Assembly: GCF_900187275.1 (NCBI RefSeq)
Contig: NZ_LT906458.1
Location: forward strand, 930,001-962,000
DNA length: 32,000 nt
Direction of reading: 5' to 3'
DNA from: Pasteurella multocida
GTDB lineage: Bacteria; Pseudomonadota; Gammaproteobacteria; Enterobacterales; Pasteurellaceae
Part shown: positions 28,573-32,000 of the stretch, piece after piece
How the letters are laid out: each line of letters opens with the position of its first letter
Position numbering within the stretch: position 1 is the stretch's first letter
Program-made: the position numbers and the translations under genes
Notes under the pieces: model-generated
Told to the model about the DNA's origin: nothing
Seen by the model: the letters and a program-made list of their open reading frames with translations, nothing else
The model's database searches: none

Positions 28573-28616
28573 ATCACTCCTGTTTTCTGATTATATCAAC
28601 TAGGAAAAAATCACTA
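28573..28616. repeat. Distal copies of the (T)AGTGAT motif
   Basis: ATCACT at 28573-78 and ATCACTA at 28610-16. They flank a perfect minus-strand TATAAT at 28595-28590. Confidence 0.4.
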
Positions 28617-29012
28617 CCCCATGTGATAAGAACGCCCCATAACAACACCATTCAAAAGGAGTGAGACAGAAAGATAAATTGAAATAAAGTATACATGTTT
28701 ACGTTTATCTCTCTACTTCATTTATTAGTAAAGTCATAAAATCTTATTAGGGTAAGTTGATTTATTTCTGTACTATACATTTTCTCTTTTATATTCACAA
28801 AATAAGAAAACTTACATAACATTTTTTTAATATAATATGTTTAATATATTTTATAAAATAAATAACAGAAACTGTAATGTTTAAATATCAAGCAAATAAA
28901 AATCATTCGTAAATAAACCAGAATGTTCAAGCAGACAAGAAGCAATCTTAAAAAAGAGAATGTTATTACTAATAAGGAAATGAGGAAAACAAAAGTAGGA
29001 AGTCTTAGATAC

Positions 29013-29054
29013 AAAAAAAGCCGCATTAAGCTACTGGATTGTAGATCTTATTGC
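29013..29054 (-). terminator. Weak candidate terminator after the tRNA-Gly/tRNA-Leu operon
   Basis: On the minus strand, GCAATAAG and CTTAATGC pair at 7 of 8 positions with a 15-nt loop, followed by ggc and T7. Imperfect. Confidence 0.3.
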
Positions 29055-29062
29055 CATTTTAA

Positions 29063-29149
29063 TGGTGCCCGAGGGCGGACTTGAACCGCCACGCTTCGAA
29101 AAGCGAGGGATTTTAAATCCCTTGTGTCTACCGATTTCACCACTCGGGC
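29063..29149 (-). tRNA. leuZ: tRNA-Leu (anticodon UAA)
   Basis: 87 nt. Acceptor GCCCGAG/CTCGGGC, anticodon stem AGGGA/TCCCT with loop TTTAAAA, long variable arm, T-arm GGCGG-TTCAAGT-CCGCC, encoded CCA. Close to the recalled E. coli leuZ. Confidence 0.95.
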
Positions 29150-29161
29150 ATTATCACTAAT
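29150..29161. repeat. 12-nt match to the flp-1 upstream heptamer region, in the tRNA-Gly/tRNA-Leu spacer
   Basis: ATTATCACTAAT is the exact reverse complement of 28200-28211 (ATTAGTGATAAT) and contains ATCACTA. Confidence 0.4.
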
Positions 29162-29175
29162 GCAATATGAGATAT

Positions 29176-29251
29176 TGGAGCGGGAAACGAGGCTCGAACT
29201 CGCGACCCCAACCTTGGCAAGGTTGTGCTCTACCAACTGAGCTATTCCCGC
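29176..29251 (-). tRNA. glyW: tRNA-Gly (anticodon GCC)
   Basis: 76 nt: GCGGGAATAGCTCAGTTGGTAGAGCACAACCTTGCCAAGGTTGGGGTCGCGAGTTCGAGCCTCGTTTCCCGCTCCA. Nearly identical to the recalled E. coli tRNA-Gly(GCC). Confidence 0.95.
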
Positions 29252-29288
29252 GTTGCATAAGAAACTGTGTTCTCAAACAATGATGTGC

Positions 29289-29316
29289 ATTTTACTTATT
29301 TCTCTGAATGAGTCAA
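29289..29316 (-). promoter_or_regulatory. Candidate promoter of the tRNA-Gly/tRNA-Leu operon
   Basis: On the minus strand: TTGACT, 16-nt spacer, TAAAAT, with an AT-rich UP-like tract upstream. About 30 nt before the tRNA-Gly 5' end. Confidence 0.55.
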
Positions 29317-29404
29317 ATAAAAAATGTAAAAGAATAATTTAATCGCTTAAAAACAAATCACAATATAAAAAAATGCTTATTCTCCAACCTAAAATAGAGG
29401 CAAA

Positions 29405-29431
29405 AGAAAAGGCACTGGAGAAAGTGCCTTT
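29405..29431 (-). terminator. Rho-independent terminator after pgsA
   Basis: AAGGCACT-ttctcc-AGTGCCTT followed by ttttctttt on the minus strand. Confidence 0.75.
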
Positions 29432-29439
29432 AAACGTAT

Positions 29440-29997
29440 TTAAAGTGTAATATCCGAAAGTAAGCTGCCTTTAGCCGCTTTTAAATATTGTAACATCGAC
29501 CAAACGGTTAAAATCGCCGCAACATACAGTAAAACAATCGCAGCAATTTCCATCACCACATTATAGCGCCACAACAATCCACCTAACGCTAACATTTGTG
29601 CTGTGGTTTTCACTTTTCCGAGCCAAGATACCGCCACTTTATTCCTGTCGCCAATTTCAGCCATCCATTCTCTTAATGCGGAAATGATGATTTCTCTAGA
29701 AATCATGATCACGGCTGGCAAAGTAATCCAAAAAGAATGGTGATATTCAACAACCAGAGCGAGGGCGACTGTGACCATCACTTTATCCGCAACAGGATCT
29801 AAAAATGCGCCAAAACGTGTCGTTTGTTTCCATTTTCGTGCAAGATAACCATCAAACCAATCTGTGACGCCAGCAATAAAAAAAATCAATACGGTTAAAA
29901 AAGGCGACCACGAGAAAGGCAAATAAAATGCAATGACAAAAAAAGGAATTAAAATGACACGGAAAAGCGTAAGGAATATAGGAATATTTGGTTTCAT
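29440..29997 (-). CDS. pgsA: CDP-diacylglycerol--glycerol-3-phosphate 3-phosphatidyltransferase
   Basis: 185 aa. CDP-alcohol phosphotransferase motif [28 protein letters not shown]. The uvrC-pgsA-tRNA order matches E. coli. Confidence 0.92.
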   Translation of the reverse strand: MKPNIPIFLTLFRVILIPFFVIAFYLPFSWSPFLTVLIFFIAGVTDWFDGYLARKWKQTTRFGAFLDPVADKVMVTVALALVVEYHHSFWITLPAVIMISREIIISALREWMAEIGDRNKVAVSWLGKVKTTAQMLALGGLLWRYNVVMEIAAIVLLYVAAILTVWSMLQYLKAAKGSLLSDITL

Positions 29998-30092
29998 AGA
30001 AAGAGTCAGGTCCGTTTTTATAGTCTAATTATTCTAAAACATATCTGTTTTATTTGAAAATGGAATTTTCATATCCTAATAAGATTCATGTA

Positions 30093-31919
30093 TTAATCTC
30101 GCAAAGCATCATAAATTCGTTCGGCAAGGGCTTTAGAAATGCCTGGGACAGAGGCGATTTCATCTAGCGTAGCCTTTTTGACCCCCTGCATCCCACCTAA
30201 ATATTTCAACAATGTTTGACGGCGTTTTGCACCAACACCTTCTACCGATTCTAAGCCACTCTGTAAAAAGGCTTGTTGGCGTTTTTTACGATGTCCACTA
30301 ATCGCATGCTGATGGCTTTCATCACGAATATGTTGAATCAGATGTAAGGCTAAATGATCAGAAGGTAAATGAAGTATTTTTCCCTGTTTGCTTAGAATTA
30401 AGGTTTCTAACCCTGCTTTCCGATCAATGCCTTTCGCCACACCAATTAAGTGCGGTTGATTTTTATCCCATTTCACGTTTAGCTTAGCAAACGTCTGTAA
30501 CGCGCGATTAAGTTGTCCCTTACCACCATCAATAAAAATCACGTCTGGGATTTTTTCTTGCTCAAGTGGCTTATCATAACGTTTTAGCAAGGCTTGCTCC
30601 ATGGCTGCATAATCATCCCCAGCGGTAATTCCGGTAATATTAAATCGACGATAGTCCGACTTTAATGGTCCATCTTGATTAAAAACCACACAAGATGCAA
30701 TGGTTTGTTCACCCATTGTATGACTAATATCAAAACATTCCATACGTCGAATTTCACCTAACTGTAAAATGGCTTGCAGCGCTTGATAGCGTTCTTTGAG
30801 TAACGTACTTTGTTTAAGCTGAGTGACTAATGCTGATTGAGCATTCATTTTGGCTAGTTGCAAGTATTTACTCTTCTCACCTTTTGTATTGTCTTGAATA
30901 TGAACTTTTCGCCCCGCTTGCTGAGTCAGTAATTCTTCTAACTCGGTCTTTTCCGATAACTTATGATCAACAATAATACGGTGTGGAATACTGCGTCCTT
31001 GGTGTGCCTGTAAATAAAATTGCCCCACAAAGGTTGCCGTTAACTCAGACAACGTTGTATTTGCCGGTACTTTAGGGAAATAGCTCCGATTCCCTAACAT
31101 TTTACCTTGTCGGATAAACAAGACCTGAACACAAGCAATACCTAATTGGTAAGCAATCGAGAGAATATCCATATCATCCAGACGTTCAGTGGACACAAAT
31201 TGTTTTTCCATGACGGCACGGACAGCTTGAATTTGATCACGGATGCGAGCAGCCTCTTCAAAATCCAGTGCTCGGCTGGCTTGTTCCATTTTATGTATCA
31301 AATGTTCAAGCACTTGCTGGTCTTTGCCTTGTAAAAAAAGACGAGCTAACTCAACTTGTTGTAAATAAGCCTCATCCGTCACATAACCTGCAACACAAGG
31401 GGCTACACATCGTCCAATCTGATATTGTAAACAAGGGCGAGAACGGTTGTTATAAACGGCATTTTCACACTGGCGGATTGGGAAGAGTTTTTGCAGTAAA
31501 GAAAGGGTTTCTCTGACCGCACTAGCATGCGGATAAGGTCCAAAATATTCGCCTTTAATTTTTTTACTTCCTCGATATGCACTAATACGAGGATGGCGAT
31601 CTGCGGTTAATAAAATATAGGGATAGGATTTATCATCGCGTAATAAAACATTATAACGCGGCTGATAGGTCTTAATGTAGTTATGCTCAAGCAATAAGGC
31701 TTCTGTTTCCGACGATGTAATCGTGGTGTCAATTCGTGCAATCGCACTAACCAGCGCCTCTGTTTTTTTACTGCTAAGATGAGTGCGAAAATAACTTGAG
31801 AGGCGCTTTTTCAGATCCTTCGCTTTTCCCACATAAATGACGGTGTCTTTCTCGTCATACATACGATAAACACCCGCATCGTGGGAAACATTGGCTAAAA
31901 AGGATTTGGCATCAAACAT
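30093..31919 (-). CDS. uvrC: Excinuclease ABC subunit C
   Basis: GIY-YIG N-terminus GVYRMYD....[17 protein letters not shown] and a C-terminal helix-hairpin-helix region. Start at MFDAKSF (31919) by comparison with UvrC N-termini; an in-frame ATG at 31928 is the alternative. Confidence 0.93.
   Translation of the reverse strand: MFDAKSFLANVSHDAGVYRMYDEKDTVIYVGKAKDLKKRLSSYFRTHLSSKKTEALVSAIARIDTTITSSETEALLLEHNYIKTYQPRYNVLLRDDKSYPYILLTADRHPRISAYRGSKKIKGEYFGPYPHASAVRETLSLLQKLFPIRQCENAVYNNRSRPCLQYQIGRCVAPCVAGYVTDEAYLQQVELARLFLQGKDQQVLEHLIHKMEQASRALDFEEAARIRDQIQAVRAVMEKQFVSTERLDDMDILSIAYQLGIACVQVLFIRQGKMLGNRSYFPKVPANTTLSELTATFVGQFYLQAHQGRSIPHRIIVDHKLSEKTELEELLTQQAGRKVHIQDNTKGEKSKYLQLAKMNAQSALVTQLKQSTLLKERYQALQAILQLGEIRRMECFDISHTMGEQTIASCVVFNQDGPLKSDYRRFNITGITAGDDYAAMEQALLKRYDKPLEQEKIPDVIFIDGGKGQLNRALQTFAKLNVKWDKNQPHLIGVAKGIDRKAGLETLILSKQGKILHLPSDHLALHLIQHIRDESHQHAISGHRKKRQQAFLQSGLESVEGVGAKRRQTLLKYLGGMQGVKKATLDEIASVPGISKALAERIYDALRD
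30448..30456 (+). repeat. DNA uptake signal sequence core (Hin-type)
   Basis: Exact AAGTGCGGT followed by tgattttt. Confidence 0.8.
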
Positions 31920-31969
31920 AAACAGCATCAGGCGTCGCTAAACGCCTGCCCTTTATTTTTCTAAAATTG

Positions 31970-31978
31970 ACCGCACTT
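31970..31978 (-). repeat. DNA uptake signal sequence core (Hin-type)
   Basis: Exact ACCGCACTT near the right window edge. Confidence 0.75.
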
Positions 31979-32000
31979 TTTCTAAATCTTCAGCGGTATC

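Noticed and set aside
28486-28590. Small ORFs in the flp-1 upstream spacer, for example the plus-strand 34-aa MLCRRAIDNNCYNSHYSRFLVLSDSEYPAITPVF and several 10-34-aa minus-strand ORFs; checked for a possible flp-3.
   Set aside because: None has an SD, and none carries the Flp G/xTxIEYGLI motif or a hydrophobic helix.
28841-29026. 61-aa very hydrophobic ORF (MRLFLYLRLPTFVFLISLL…) just downstream of tRNA-Leu; could be taken for a small membrane toxin.
   Set aside because: It is the translation of a T-rich strand in very AT-rich DNA. It has no SD, and its ATG lies inside the candidate tRNA-operon terminator T-run. The composition is low-complexity Leu/Phe/Ile/Tyr. There is no supporting evidence for coding.
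29048-29236. 62-aa ORF on the minus strand.
   Set aside because: It lies entirely across the tRNA-Leu and tRNA-Gly genes, so it is an artefact of reading through structured RNA genes.
31929-31948. 7-bp hairpin CAGGCGT-cgctaa-ACGCCTG immediately upstream of uvrC.
   Set aside because: It may terminate the upstream gene, but it lacks a U-tract on the minus strand. That is too little evidence to call it a terminator or regulatory element.
31953-32000. Open minus-strand frame at the window edge ending …DTAEDLEKVRSILEK-stop; possibly the 3' end of the gene upstream of uvrC.
   Set aside because: Only 15 codons are visible, which is too short to identify or to distinguish from chance.
1-32000. I looked for CRISPR arrays, IS elements, integrase, phage genes, toxin-antitoxin pairs and known defence-system genes.
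   Set aside because: No spaced direct-repeat arrays are present. Every ORF of 100 aa or more on the coding pattern is accounted for by housekeeping or tad functions, and nothing resembles a recombinase or defence module.

Overview
The window looks like Pasteurellaceae chromosome. Ten exact Hin-type uptake signal sequences (AAGTGCGGT) and the gene content and order support this. Housekeeping blocks occupy both ends. On the left are argA (partial), manA, yobD, a porin, manZYX, an MFS transporter, yeeX, serC-hisC-aroA, ubiG, gyrA and a sirB2-like gene. On the right are tRNA-Leu(UAA), tRNA-Gly(GCC), pgsA and uvrC. Between them, on the minus strand (16465-28132), lies a complete 14-gene flp-rcp-tad locus (Flp/type IVc tight-adherence pilus): flp-1, flp-2, tadV, rcpCAB, tadZABCDEFG. 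flp-2 (59 aa) is missing from the supplied ORF track and was found by hand translation. The tad system is a known family, so I do not call it novel. The less explained parts are its context:
- It sits directly downstream of a tRNA-Leu with no integrase or transposase in view.
- It contains no USS.
- A 12-bp inverted repeat brackets it.
- A 930-bp ORF-poor AT-rich spacer lies upstream of flp-1 and carries a local cluster of TAGTGAT heptamers.
- A strong hairpin lies between flp-1 and flp-2.

Separately, a stand-alone porin cassette interrupts the conserved manXYZ-yobD arrangement, and manX has a textbook class II CRP promoter. I saw no CRISPR array, IS element, prophage gene or recognisable defence system. 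All homology statements rest on recalled family motifs and sequences, not on database searches.
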